Source of the DNA: Camelus dromedarius
Taxonomy: Eukaryota
Assembly (NCBI RefSeq): GCF_036321535.1
Contig: NC_087472.1
Span: 94,800,001-94,864,000 of the forward strand
Reading direction: 5' to 3'
Length of the DNA stretch: 64,000 nucleotides
Part shown: piece by piece, positions 39,727 through 52,464 of the stretch
Numbering within the stretch: position 1 is the first letter of the stretch
How the letters are laid out: the number at the start of each line of letters is the position of its first letter
Program-made: the position numbers and the translations under genes
Notes under the pieces: generated by a model
Databases searched by the model: none
Told to the model about the DNA's origin: nothing
What the model saw: the letters and a program-made list of their open reading frames with translations, nothing else

Positions 39727-39744
39727 GTCCCTTCATGGCCCCTA
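39727..39744 (-). promoter_or_regulatory. Primer binding site, tRNA-Arg(TCG)-like
   Basis: Minus strand TAGGGGCCATGAAGGGAC versus expected TGGCGACCACGAAGGGAC (14/18), 5 nt inside the 5' LTR end. Confidence 0.7.
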
Positions 39745-39749
39745 AAATT

Positions 39750-40178
39750 TGTTGCCCATTTTTTCAAATCAGGCCCCAACAAGGGTCCTTCTGTCTGGTG
39801 TTACATCAACAGAACAAGACCAAGTTTGGTTCAGAGAAAATCAAAGCTTTATTCTTTGATCAAAGAATGGAGAGGTACAAATTCACACTTTAGAGTACAA
39901 ACTCTCCCTGAAAGGCCATTGATGGGGCTACCTTATAGGGTTCTTGTCAGTGGGGAGGGGACAGAGTTCTTGTAGTTGAGGCACAGCTGTGCTGCTCACA
40001 GCACTCCAGATCAAAGTGCCAGGTGCAGCATTTCTTGCACATGATACACCAAGCTGAAGCATCAGGCAGAGCCGTTTCGCCCTAGATACTCTGGTCTGAA
40101 GTGCCAGGTGCAAGGCCACTGCATGCAGTGCCCTGTGAGCAAGTGAAACTAGACTAAGCACAGAGGAAAAAAAAGGAA
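39750..40178 (-). repeat. 5' LTR of the provirus (outer end missing)
   Basis: Shares ATTCTTTGATCAAAGAATG, TCTGAAGTGCCAGGTGC and AGTGAAACTAGACTAAGCACA with 27566-28095. Confidence 0.8.
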
Positions 40179-40179
40179 A

Positions 40180-41200
40180 TCTTGAAAACATCATATAAAA
40201 AGCAGAGGCAGAAATTTTAATCATAACTGAAACCCAAAAAGCTATAAAAGAAAATATAAAAGTATTTTTTTAATTTAAGTACAAGATAAATAAATAAATA
40301 AAAATAAGTTTAAGTACAACAAAATGTAAGCCAAGATGATCAATGGGTAGTAGATCTAAAAAGAAAAAGTAATGCAAATAACAACTAGGTAATTTATATA
40401 AAATAGCAAATACTCTTACAAATTGACAAGAGAAAGGCTTGTAATCCAATAGAAAAACATGACAGATGCAAATCCAGAGAGTCAACAGACATGGGAAAAG
40501 AGGCTCAAATTTACCAGCAGCCAGGAAAATGCTAAATAGAGAAATAATGAAATACCATTCTACCCATTGAACGGCTAAAATTAAAAAGAACTATAATCTG
40601 TATTGTTGATGGTGACTAAAGTAAGAGATACTTTCATAATTGCTACTGAAATTCTAATGTAGTAGAGGATTTTTGAAAGCAATTTGGTAACATATGATAA
40701 AATTAGAAATACATAAACCCATTCCTGGTAATCCATCCCATAGAAATAAAAGCATGTAAGGACACATGCATGCAAAAGTTCATTGATGCAATATTTGTTT
40801 CAATTTTAAAAATTGGGAAAAAAGTAAATATCTGTCATGAGGAAAATATCAGGATAAGTTGTGGTAAACTCATATCATTAGTTATTATTATTTAAAATAA
40901 TGAGTTAGAAATTGACCGATGGAGTTTGATGTTTCTCATGAGGTATTATTGAGTGAGAAAAGCTAGATGCAAACGTGTATACAGTGTAATGCCATTGTTA
41001 TAGACTCAACAGTGACAAAAATAAAGATTATCCTTATATATATAGCATAGGTATTTATACAGGACATGTACGGATGCACACCATGTTTTATCAGTCATCT
41101 TGAAGGCAGAGAAGGGACATACACTGATTTGAGGGGAGGGAGAAGAGGAGATCCAAGCGAAAAAAGAAATGTAATGAAAAGCTCCACTAAAAATAAAGCA
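40180..41200 (+). mobile_element. Ancient L1ME-like 3' fragment
   Basis: A-rich degraded ORF2 end and 3' UTR motifs (GAAATACCATT..., TTTGAAAGCAATTTGG..., TTGAGTGAGAAAAGC). Confidence 0.6.
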
Positions 41201-42269
41201 TTTATATCTATTTTAAGCATATATTTAAAATTATGTATCTATCTCCATGTATTTAATAATACTAAAAATACAAAAGTACAAAGATATTTGAATATTAGTA
41301 ACACTAGAAAATCAACTCTTATAAGCATATTCCAGTTTTTTCTTAAGTACATAATAACCTTCAAAATATCAATTTATGTTTTTAAATGTTGTATTGCATT
41401 TTTTGTTGTTTAAAACCACTCACTGTTAATAATTGATTAGTCACTCAGCTATTTAAGAGTCTCTTTTGAACCTTGTTTTGGTTGGCATAGGTTCCTGTTT
41501 TATAATGTTTTTCTTTTATCATTCATATCTTTAATATTCCTTATTGTGCTTCTTAAACTGTCCTTTAGGTTCATTCTAAAATACATCTTATTTTCTGTGA
41601 TGGTTTGATGTATCTTAATAATTCTTTCAGTTCTGCCATCTTAATTTTCATCTGATCATGTTGTCTTATTGCCTCTTTTGCTTTATTATATCTCTGTCTT
41701 GGGTCTTTGGTCAGAAAGCTGAATGTTTGGCTATATTTTCTTAAACATTCATTACAGAATATTTGGCCACACTTTATTTCTGCTCTGTGACAACATGCTT
41801 CATGTGTTAATTAATGGTGATACTCTTGATTTCATATTTTAATAGTGTCTTTGTTTAACTGCTGTCTTAGTTTGCTTTTTAAATAATTTTTGGTTAGCAT
41901 TGTTATCCCAGAAATCAGCTATATTATGAAAATTCATACTTTTAGTTAGCTTTATTTGTTCTTTTCTTTTTGATAGTCAAAAAAAAAAATCTTGAAATTT
42001 TGATAGCCTACATCTTAGTTCAGTCTTTCAATTGCCAAAGTTTGGACAAAGCAGTTTATATGTCTATTTTTTGCACTTTTTGGATTTTAATGTCTCAATT
42101 TAGTATTTAGTATTTTAGATGTCACAGATGTCTATTTAATCACCTGGGCATTTTAGAGAGTAATTAGTAATTATTATTTTCAGTAACAGTAATAAAATTT
42201 GAAAACAGTAAAACAAAATGAGCAAAATGAATTATCTGAAGAAATGTGTGTTTTAAACAAATATACTTT

Positions 42270-42801
42270 TGTAGGGGAGGAAAAATAATTTTTCCTCTAC
42301 CCTTCTAGATTCTAGGCTGAGACCCTCCCTAGAGTAAAAAGATAGATTAAAAGGAAAGAAACACACAGAAATTTAACATGTATACCTCCTGTATATGTGG
42401 GAGATAGGAAAACTGAGTAACTCCCAGATATGGCCTGAGGCATCACCTTAAATCCATCTCCAACTAGAGACTAAAGATGTGGTGGGGGGAGGCCAGTTAT
42501 GGGAGGTTACCAGGCAAAACACAGTATACAAGGGCAAGGTTGTTATGCAGATGTAAGTTGTTGTCTTCTCCCTTGATAGGAGTTTCTAGAGATTTAAAGT
42601 TATCCTCTTCTTCCTTGTATAGAGAGGGAGACACCCTTACAAACAGAGATTACCCTTATAAATAAATGTTTCTTATGAAAGAGTAACTTCTACTTGGTTT
42701 ACAGAGTTTCTCCTGTGTTTGCAACTCTTAAAAATAATCAACTCAAAATAATCCTTATGCCAAAGAGACATATTTTGGGGTGGCAAGTCTGCTACCTTTC
42801 A
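42270..42801 (-). mobile_element. MER34-group-like solo LTR
   Basis: TG...CA termini, TSD CTTT (42266-42269 and 42802-42805), homologous to 16554-17363. Confidence 0.85.
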
Positions 42802-45194
42802 CTTTAAAAGAGCAAAATAACGTCCATCAGTAGAAACTTCTTTGGCATTTCAGAACTAGCTTCTTTAAACCAAGAATTGGAATTGATATAAATAGCCTTT
42901 ACTTTTATCTCACATTGAGAAGGTGTTTAACTTCAATTTTGTAACCTGAACACTGACCTCACGGTCTAGAGTTATTATTTGTAAGTGATTTTTTCCCTTA
43001 ACTTTTTTTTTATTGGAGTACAGTCAATTAAAATGTTTTGAATGGCTTTTTGTCTTTACCCATACTGCCTTATTTTGTAGAACACAAGTCAAAGAGGGGA
43101 TTTGAAATCTACCTTTTTAGTACCTTTATGGTCCCTTTCACTTCTCACATTCTATGGATCTCTATTGTGAAAATTTAAAGTTACCCATTTGCTCTACACA
43201 GTATTTTTTCTGTTATCTGACTTGGAAGGATGTGATGAGATGATTAAGTTGATATTCTAGTTTAAAAAATTAACATAAATGTCATACAGAAATAACTCAT
43301 TTCCAAGAGAATGTGATTCAATATAATAATGTCAATTATAATTTAATGTGTAATGCTATTAATCAATTGATTTGCCTATTTTCAAACACATATTGGTAAT
43401 GTGCTTAATGCTGAATGGAATACTCAGAATGCAGATATCTTTCAAAGGAGAATTTATATCATTTAATATCCTTTGATTGTTCAAACTAAGTATCAGCATA
43501 TTAAGGTCTATTAGGGCCGTTATCAATTATTATTCAAAATAATTTAATGGAATTCTAATTTGTGATATTTCTGTTATTTTTGCGATGTCCTAGCGAAGTC
43601 AGCACAACATGAAAGACCATAACTCACCCTTTCCTTTACTATTTTAGCCATTTAATGCTTGTACTTTCAGACTAAATAATCAGATTGAAAGTTTAACTCA
43701 GTTACAGGTGAGTATAATTATTTTAATCTACATAAATAAAATTTGTACTCTATGGTGTGTTCTGACAAAAATAATTAGTTACATAATGCATAACTTATAC
43801 AATGCAATACTTCTATTTTGTAAAGAATGGTGTGACATATTATTTTAAATATTTTGTTGAGTTAAGAAGTTTAGTTTGCTGCAATTAAAGAATCCCCATC
43901 CCCTCAACTCTCAAAAGAATTTCCGCTAGACAAAGTTCAAATCAAAAAATGAAGATCTCTTATTTACAAAATGAATGACTCCCCATTTGCAACTAAAAAA
44001 AAAAGAATATCTTGAGAATTTGAAAGACTACTTAATAAGTATGATCATATGAGTGGCAGGCAGAGGAGGAAATTTTAGTTTCTGTTTTATGCATTGATCC
44101 AAAAACATTCTTTGTTTCTCAAGAAGAAATTTTATACTCTATTGGACCATTTCATGAAGTAGTCACATTTAATTTTCACATTTAGTTTCTTTTTTTGAAT
44201 CTTGCTATAATGTACACTATCCCTGCAATATTTACCTGCCAAACTTTTGAATTTCAAAATATTGCCTTACAATCAGTAGTGTATTCATGGATAGCAGGTG
44301 GCTTGGACCTGCACGGTATTTTAGCATTTTGGTTTAAATTTCAATTTTCACAAACTATTTTTCCTGCAGTGAAAGCAATTGTACATATTAATTCTCATGG
44401 GCCTCCTGTCAGTATTCACTATATGCATTCTTTGTAAAAATGGGTATTGCTGTTTTACTATCTGACATGCATGCATAAGCTCTACCTGCCAAAATAGTTT
44501 ATACATTTCCATTTTTTGAAATCAATATTTTAAAGTATTTTATTTTCTTATAATTATACATGAGTGACATTGTGGATAGGTTACTTTATTTGCATAACCT
44601 GTCCATGGTCACATTGTAGGTGTATTCATAGATTTCCAAGGAATATCAATAATTTCATCATTCTTTAGGTTATGTAATTGTGGATAAAATTTATAATATT
44701 AATGTCATGACTAATTCTGTGTGACGTTTTCCAAACCACTTAGCTATGCATTTATATTGTTTCTTTTCTGTATGAAAAGAAAAAAGACACCTTACTAAGT
44801 CAGGAATGTTAAGTGATAGAAAAAATAATTACAGAAAACAATTTATGATCCTATAAAAATGTACTTAAAAAGTGATATATGATTTAAACATTATTGTTGA
44901 AGAAAATATTTGTTTTTAAATAATTTTTGTCTTTTAAAGAGTTAATTCAATGAGACCAAAAAGAATGCAGAGAAAACTAAAAAGCAATCATGGAAGTCTT
45001 TACTATTAAGTTATTTAAAATCCTGTTATATAACCAGTTATATTCAGCAACTTTTTTTTTCTTGAGCCAGCTATATACAAGCCTTTCAGCATTCTCACTT
45101 CAAACATGTGGAGGAAAATAACATATATATTATAAAATGCTTCACAGTCATAGAAGTTAAGGTTGTTTCTCCTTAAAAATAAGAGAATGGAATG

Positions 45195-48100
45195 AAGTCA
45201 GTGAAAATGGTGGGATAGAGAACTCCAGAAAACTACTCTGAAACAAAAACATCTAGTAAATTGGCAAAAACTGTCAGAATCAACAATATTAAAACTCTAA
45301 AAATTAATCATAGTTTTACAACAACCAAGAAAACTACTTCATCAAAAAAGGGAGCTGAATCTTGATCAGAGAACTTTGTAGAATTTTTACTTACCTCATA
45401 CCTGGTTCCCCCAGTGAGTATTGGCCTTAAGGAGGAGAGCCAGCCTCTCAGATATAGGTTCCTCATGCTGGAGAGGGCAGAAAGGACCTGTTCTCGGGAA
45501 ACTGCAGTTGTTTTGGCCTATCTGGTGGCTCCCTGAAGGATGGGTTCAAAGGACTCCTTTTATTTCTCCAAACTCTAAACTCTTCCAGGGAGGTGGCATT
45601 TCTAGGGGAGTATTTGTCAAAAATATTTAAAGATAAGTGTATAATCCGCTGATGCCTAAGACAAGGGATAACAGTTGGAACAAATAATAGACAGACCAAA
45701 AAGCATGGGAAGAAAGGTTAAGGAGTGAGATGCTTTGAGGAAAAGGAGCTTTGAAAAGCTACCACATATTCCTGGGAATCCAGAAGATCATATGAATGCC
45801 CAGGACTAGGTAATGCTAAAAAAGTATACCTGAAAGGCCCTAATCTCTCACCTCAGGCTTACATTTAGGCTCTGTGCAGTCAGAAGTATAGGCAAAGTTG
45901 TAAACTGCCCAACTAATTGTAGAAGGCATGCTTGAACACAAACACAGAGCCCATCTACAAAGAATGGAGGTGATTTATATTTTTTATTCCAGTTATTAAG
46001 AAAATGTCTGTCACATCACTAGCTGACCAGTAAACTAATTGAACAGAGATGTCAGTAGTCACTGGTGACAAAGAACACACATCTTAAAAAGTTAGTTCAG
46101 AAAATTAATGAAGCAAACAGAAAGACACCACAACAGGAAGCAAAAACAAACCATGAATGGGGGAAGAATCTGATTTCAAAGTTGACACATTATAATATTC
46201 AAAATGTCTAGTTTTTTTTTTTTAAAAATAATGATGTATACAATGAAAAAAGGAAGTATGGGGAAAAAAAGAAAATAAAAACTGTATAGGAGGAAGCTCA
46301 TACATTGGACTTACTAGACAAAGACCTTAAATCAACTATTTAAATATTATCAAAAAGAAAAGGGAAACCATGTACAAAGAACTAGAGGAAACAGTGAGAA
46401 TTGTGTCTCCCCAAATAGAAAATATCAACCAACATATAGAAATTATTGAAATGAACCAAACTGAAATTCTGAGGTTGAAAAGTACAATAATAGAAATAAA
46501 AATACACTAGAGGGATTCAAAAGAGATCTGAGCAGGCAGAAGATAGACTCAATAAACCTGAAGATAGGTCATTTGAGATTATATAGTCTGAGGAACAGAA
46601 AGAAAAAATAGTTAAGAAAAATGAGCAGTGCCTAAGAAACCTGTGGAACATCATCAATTATGAAGGCATACATATGATAGGAGTCTCAGAAAGAGAGAAT
46701 AGAAAGGGACAGAAAGAATATTTGAAGAAATAATAAAGTTCCAGTTTTCTGTCTGGCATGTGAGGAGCTTGGAAGTTGTCATTCCATCCTAACAACATAT
46801 TAAAGCTGAAAAATTAATAAATCTTCTTAGATCTGCCAGAGAAGTGAGACCACAGGGCAAACTGCTGCCCCTCTAGTTGGAGAGACAGGTCAATACAGAG
46901 AATCAGAACTTACTGGAGCAGAAACCTCCATGGGAACCAGTACCAGGGTAGGAAAATCTGAACTGTAATTAAGAAATATCTGGAGGCTCATTTTGGAAAA
47001 GTCTGAGAGTTAAAAACTCTACATTTTTGTAAATTTTACCTCCAGTAGTTCTACCAGACTCTCACAGTAGATTAGACAAAAATCCCTTTGGGCTTCCAGC
47101 ACAGGGAGGGAAAAGTAATCATTTGACATACACCAGAGCATTCTGTTCTTTTTAACAAGGCCTGCCTGCCCTCAGGAGAAACTAAATTATCAGAGCCTAA
47201 TTTATTGGAAATTTATCAGAGCCCAGCTGACCTGGGAGAAGTGAAATACCCAACCCTAGCTTTCTCTATCCTTCCATGTGGGATAAGGGAAATAAACAAT
47301 TCCAGTCCCATATAATTCCAGTCCTATATAGCCATCTTGTCCAGTTTAAGGAGGGAGTGTGGGACTGAGAATCACTTGTGACCTTTGTAGCCTCTAGGTC
47401 AGAAGTTCAGGTAGCAACCTAGGACTAGTGATTGACATGTGAAGTAGATGCGGTTTTGTGGTACTGAGACTTTAACCTGGGAGATCTGATGCATTTTCCA
47501 AGTAGACAGTGTCAGAACTGAGTTAAATTTGTAGGACACCCAGTCACTGCTGAGAATTGGAGAATTGCTTGCTGGCGTCCAAAAAAACCACACATCATCA
47601 CATGATATTCAAACTGCAGTAAATCAAAGATAAAAATAAAGAAAAATTTTGAAAGAAGCCAGAGGAAAAGCAACCTACCTGTAGAAGAGCAAAGATAAAG
47701 AGTTACATCTGATAATTCCTCAGAAACCATACAAAGAAGAGGGGAGTGAAATATTTAAACTGTTAAGAGGAAAAAAATAGAGGAATTCTCTATCCTGCAA
47801 AATTATCCTTCAAAAGTGAAGGACAAATAAAGACTTTCTCAGATAAACAAAAATTGAGGAAATTTGTTGCCAGTAGATATACCTTACAAGAAATAAAAGA
47901 AGTTCTTCAAAAAGCAGGAAAATGATATGGAATCCATATAAAGAGAAGAGCATTAGAGAAAGAATAGATGAAAGTAAAAGAAAACTTGTTTTTTTCTCAT
48001 TCATAATTGATCTAATGGATATCAGTTTGTTCAAAACAATAATTACAACAATGTATTTGATGAGTATGGCCTATGTATAAGTGAAATGAATAATAGAAAT

Positions 48101-49380
48101 TACACTAGGTACAGGAGGGAGAAATTAGAAATATTTTGTGATTAAAAGCTTCCTTGCGCTATCTGTAACGTTATATAGTATTATTGCGAGGTGAACTTGA
48201 ATTAGTTGTAAATGTATATTGCAACACTAGGGCAACCACTGAAAAGAAATTTTTAAAAAGAATAGATATAACAAGAAAGGATAGAAAATGGAATCACATA
48301 AAATGCTCAACTCATTTTTTTACAGTTTTATTGAGGTATGAATGAAAAATGAACATTACATATATATAAGGTGTGAAATGTGATGTTTTGATATACATTT
48401 ACATTGTGAAATGATTCCACCAATCAAGCTAATTAACCTAAAAGTTGCAAAAGGTGGAAAAAGAGTATAAAGCAAAAATAATTTTTAAAAAAAATCAGCA
48501 AATAGAAAACTGTAACAAATATGGCAGATATTAATCCAATCACATCAATAATTACTTTGAATATCAATAGTCTAAAAACACCAGTTAAAAGGCAAAGATT
48601 GTCAGCATGAAACAAAAAGCAAATCCCACCTATATGTTGTTTAGAGAAAGAAGCCCCCTTTAGATAAAAAGACACACATAGATTAAAAGTAAAGGAGTGG
48701 AGAAGGATATATCATGCTAACATTAATCAAAATAAAGTGTAAGTGGCTATATTAATTTCACACAAAACAGACTTCAGAGCAAGGAAAGTTATCAGGGATA
48801 AAGAAGGCATTACATAATGATCAGGGGGTCTAACCTCTAAGAAGGCATAACATCCTTAATGTGTATTTGCCTAACAACAGAGTATCAAAATGCGTGAGGC
48901 AAAATTTGATAAAACTTTAAGAAGAAATAGATGAATCCACTATTATAGTTGGAGACGTCTACACCCCTCCATCAGAAATGGACAGATTCAGCAGGCAGGA
49001 AATCAGTAAGGACGTAGTTGAACCCATCAACATCATTAATCAACTGGATATAATTGACATCTATAGACTACTTCATCCAACTGCAAATACACATTCTTCT
49101 CAAGCTCACATGGACCATTCACCAAGATAGGCCATTTTTCTGGTCCATAAAGTATATCTTAACACATTTAAAAGAATAGAAGTCATACAATTTCTGTCTC
49201 AGACAATAATGGAATTAAATTAGAAATTACTAATAGAAAGATATCTGGAAAATCCCCAAAACTTGGAGAAACAAAACACTTCTAAATAACACATGAGTAT
49301 AAGAAGAAATCTAGAGAGAAATTTTAAAAAATGTTTTGAACTAAATGAAGTAAAAATATAACTTATCAAAAATTGTGCAG
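45195..49380 (+). mobile_element. Old L1 (L1MC/L1MD-like) 5' regions, ORF1 remnants and ORF2 endonuclease remnant
   Basis: ORF1-like coiled-coil sequence at 46300-46735 and 47600-47920, endonuclease start ITLNINSLKTPVKRQRL at ~48550, and IIVGDV (decayed GDFN motif) at ~48942. Confidence 0.75.
47385..47595 (+). mobile_element. MER21-like LTR fragment embedded in the L1 5' region
   Basis: GTAGACAGTGTCAGAACTGAGTTAAATTTGTAGGACACCCAG resembles MER21. Confidence 0.5.
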
Positions 49381-49879
49381 AGTTTTGTGTGCACATGAGA
49401 TATAGGTAAAACAATTACTTTGCAAACTGTGTTCAAATGTAATGGAAAAGGACTCAGAGCACCAACAGTACCTCTGCCAATAGAAAGTTTCTAGTTTATG
49501 CAGAATTCAGAAGCCATTTTTTGCTTCAAACTTAAGTCTCTCAGCTCTGAGACACCCATGTGAAGAGCTGACCCTTATTCCCCACTCCCATTTAACTCCC
49601 CATAACATAGCTAAACTTAAATTTTAGTCTCACTGAAAAAATTGCAGTTTCCCAAACAGACTTAGCTTGGAGCATTTGCACTTAATTGCCATTTCACTGT
49701 ATTTATCTGTATCTCAACGCCCTCACTCTTTTTAATTGTCCCTCTGGTTTACCATAATATCTTATCATCTTCTTTATGAGATTATTGCTCCTAGACACAA
49801 AAATCCTAGCATCATCAGCAGTAACACAGAGTATTCCAAAAAGCAGATGCCCAATTAATGTTAAGGGAAGAAATGAACC

Positions 49880-50650
49880 AGTGAGCATATTATCTAATTT
49901 ATTAAGATTTAATTGTTTCCTAAATTTGTAAGTAAGCTAAACAAATCCAAGTATGTGTCATTTAATTTTTACTGAACAATAGACTAAAGAAGATTAGGAA
50001 GACAGAAATTGACAATCTTTTACTTTATTTTGCTCTATTTCTTGATCCCAATAGTTTTACTACTGAGTTATTTCACATTTCCAAAGTAACACTTATTCCA
50101 ATGCCTGTTACCCTATTCTGGATCAAAAATAAGAGCAAAGGTTTCCTAATTTGATTCACAAAATATAAAAACTCCTACTTGCAAACTTGATACACAGCAA
50201 TAAATATATGAACAAGTATGATTCATAAACTTATACTCAGAAACTATTTAAACTATCTACTAAAATGAACATTTGAAAAATAAGAAAAGGACAAAGACAG
50301 AGTCAGACAGACAGAGATATAGAGAGATAAGAGAGAGACATGAAGAGCTCCAAATTACCACATAAACAGGAAAATAAAGACAATGTACATCCATGGTGAA
50401 GAAAGTGGCCTCCAGGGAGTTGAGATGCTCGAAGTCACGGAGAGAGCAGGGGATATGGGCTGTCTGCTCCACTAAGAGCAGGGTGCAGCCCTCAGAGGAG
50501 GCCACAGAGACAAGCTGGTCAGCAGGTCAGGTTCCAGAGTTGGAAGGAGGACACACTGGGGAACTCCCAGGGGATGGGCACTGTTATGGTGGAAAGAGCT
50601 GGAGCTGGACAAAATACCAGCTCCTGGACAGAGTTAGCTCTCAGTAGGAT
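49880..50650 (-). pseudogene. MAGE-derived gene relic: leader, Kozak ATG and complete MAGE-type 3' UTR, with no MAGE CDS
   Basis: 49880-50385 on the minus strand carries MAGE 3' UTR motifs (TTCAAATGTT, AAGTTTATGAAT, TGGAATAAGT...GAAATGTGAAA, ATTAAATCTTAATAAA...TCACTGG) and is homologous to 52465-52640. AATAAA is at 49898-49903 and CACCATGG gives an ATG at 50394. Confidence 0.65.
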
Positions 50651-50689
50651 CCTAGGAAAATGAAACCCAGGGACAATCCTCAAATATTG

Positions 50690-51522
50690 ATTTATTCTCA
50701 TATTTACTTTCTCCTTCAATAGGCCTGCTTTTAGTACTTTTGCTTCAAATGCATTTTTATTGTCTGAGACACGTTTTAGAATAGTGCAAAAAAAAAAAAA
50801 AAAAAAAAGAATTAAGAGACAGGTTGGCTTCAGGCTGGGAGGGGTGGAATAGTGTGGCCTCTAGACAAATTCAGACCAGGAGTCTATTCCCAGCTCTGCT
50901 GCTAACCAGTCTTGTGAACTTGAGAAAATTGTGTTTTTCATTTGCTGAGTGAGTTTGGTAAGCCCTATCATATAGGACTGTTGGAGTGTACTACATGTAA
51001 ACTACATGGTAAGAGGACTAGCAAATATCCCCCAATATTTAAAGAATAATAGTTATTAATATTATTATTTTGATTCCAGATGATACCACTCACCTCTCTT
51101 GGAATTTTTTTTAATCCAGGAAATTTCAGAGAATATGTGGTATTTTTAGATAAAGAACACTGTATCAACCCAAAACTCTCCCTAGCTAGTAAAGCTAATT
51201 TTCTCCATTAGAGTGCCTGTTATTTAATTCAGGTGTGGAGTTATTGTCCCCAGCTGGACAACAAGGAGCTCGAGCTCCTAGATTGGTGTCAAAATACAAG
51301 ACCTTCCATCCCTTCCAGGGGTCCTTCCATCCAAACCACCTGTGTTTACATTCATTACACTCGTGCACAAAAGCTGCCCCTTACTTAGAGTTTGCCAAAT
51401 TATACTCTAGATAACCTAATTAAATTTTATGAATTTAAATTTTCCTTTTTAATGGAGAAGGCTCTGGCTCTTGCAGTTTGGGACAAAGAGTGTCAGCACA
51501 GTGGCTTCTTGGCATCTCACCT
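50690..51522. repeat. Ancient direct duplication, copy 1 (paralog of ~56315-57037), includes a MIR
   Basis: Shared blocks CTAGACAAATTCAGACCAGGAGTCTA, AGATAACCTAATTAAA and TGTCAGCACAGTGGCT in the same order in both copies. Confidence 0.85.
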
Positions 51523-51706
51523 AAGGGAGTGTCACCATTATTTCTCAGAAAGTCCCTCGAGATGATGTATATAGAACACCTAGGTTGCACACTGTGTTCA
51601 TCTGCACTGGAACAAGAGCAGAGGACAACTTTCTTTCCTGCCCCAGGTGGAAATTTCTCTATGGTTTACCCACAATCCCAAAGTTAACTTGTAGCAGCAG
51701 TTCTCC

Positions 51707-52088
51707 ATTATAGACTGAATGTTTGTGTCCCTCCAAAATTGGTATGTTGAAGCCTTAACCACCACCAACCCCATGTGATGGTATTTGGAGGTGAAGTCTT
51801 AGGGAATTTATTAGGTTTAGAGGAGGTCATGATGATGGGGCACCCATGATGCAGTCAGTGTCCTTAGAAGAAGAGCAAGAGAGACCAGAACCCTCTCTCT
51901 CTCTGCCATGTGAGGACAGAGAGAAGGTGGCTATCTGCAAGCCAGGAAAAGAGCTCTCACGAGGAACAGAATCCACTGGCCCACTGACTGTGGACTTCCC
52001 AGCCTCCATAACTATGAAAAATAAAGTATGTTGCTTAAGCCACCCAGTTTGTGGCATTTTGTTACAGCAGCCTGAACAGACTAATACA
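51707..52088 (+). mobile_element. MLT1A/B-like MaLR solo LTR
   Basis: GACTGAATGTTTGTGTCCCTCCAAAATT...TTGTTACAGCAGCCTGAACAGACTAATACA. Confidence 0.85.
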
Positions 52089-52464
52089 GGGTTTTTTCTG
52101 TCAACTCTTGAGCATACTGTTGGAGGGTCTGACCTCTACTTACTACTTCCAGGACCTCAGCTAGCCCACCACACAGTGTAAATGAAAATTACATTCCACC
52201 GAGGACTTGTAGTTTCCTTAAGTCCCAAACTGCCTTGCTCAGGAAATTTACGTTTAACTGCTCTCATAAGGAACACCCTCCTCCTCACCCATTCTTTTTA
52301 CTTTACCTAAAGGTCATAGAGTATTTCCGTATCTTACCGAGAGTGAAACTCACAGGCTCTAAAATTCTATGAGTAGAGGCTGGATGTTCTTTATCTTAGC
52401 ACCCCCAGTACTAGCACACCGCCTTCCAAACAGCAGATACTCATTGTGTGGTGAATAAAAGAGC

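Larger units (their letters stand above)
27566..40178 (-). mobile_element. Degraded class I (gamma-like) endogenous retrovirus: 5' LTR, PBS(Arg), gag-pro-pol, env remnant, PPT, 3' LTR
   Basis: Related LTRs at both ends, a PBS, a PPT, and gag/PR/RT/RNase H/IN motifs in the correct order on the minus strand. Confidence 0.92.
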
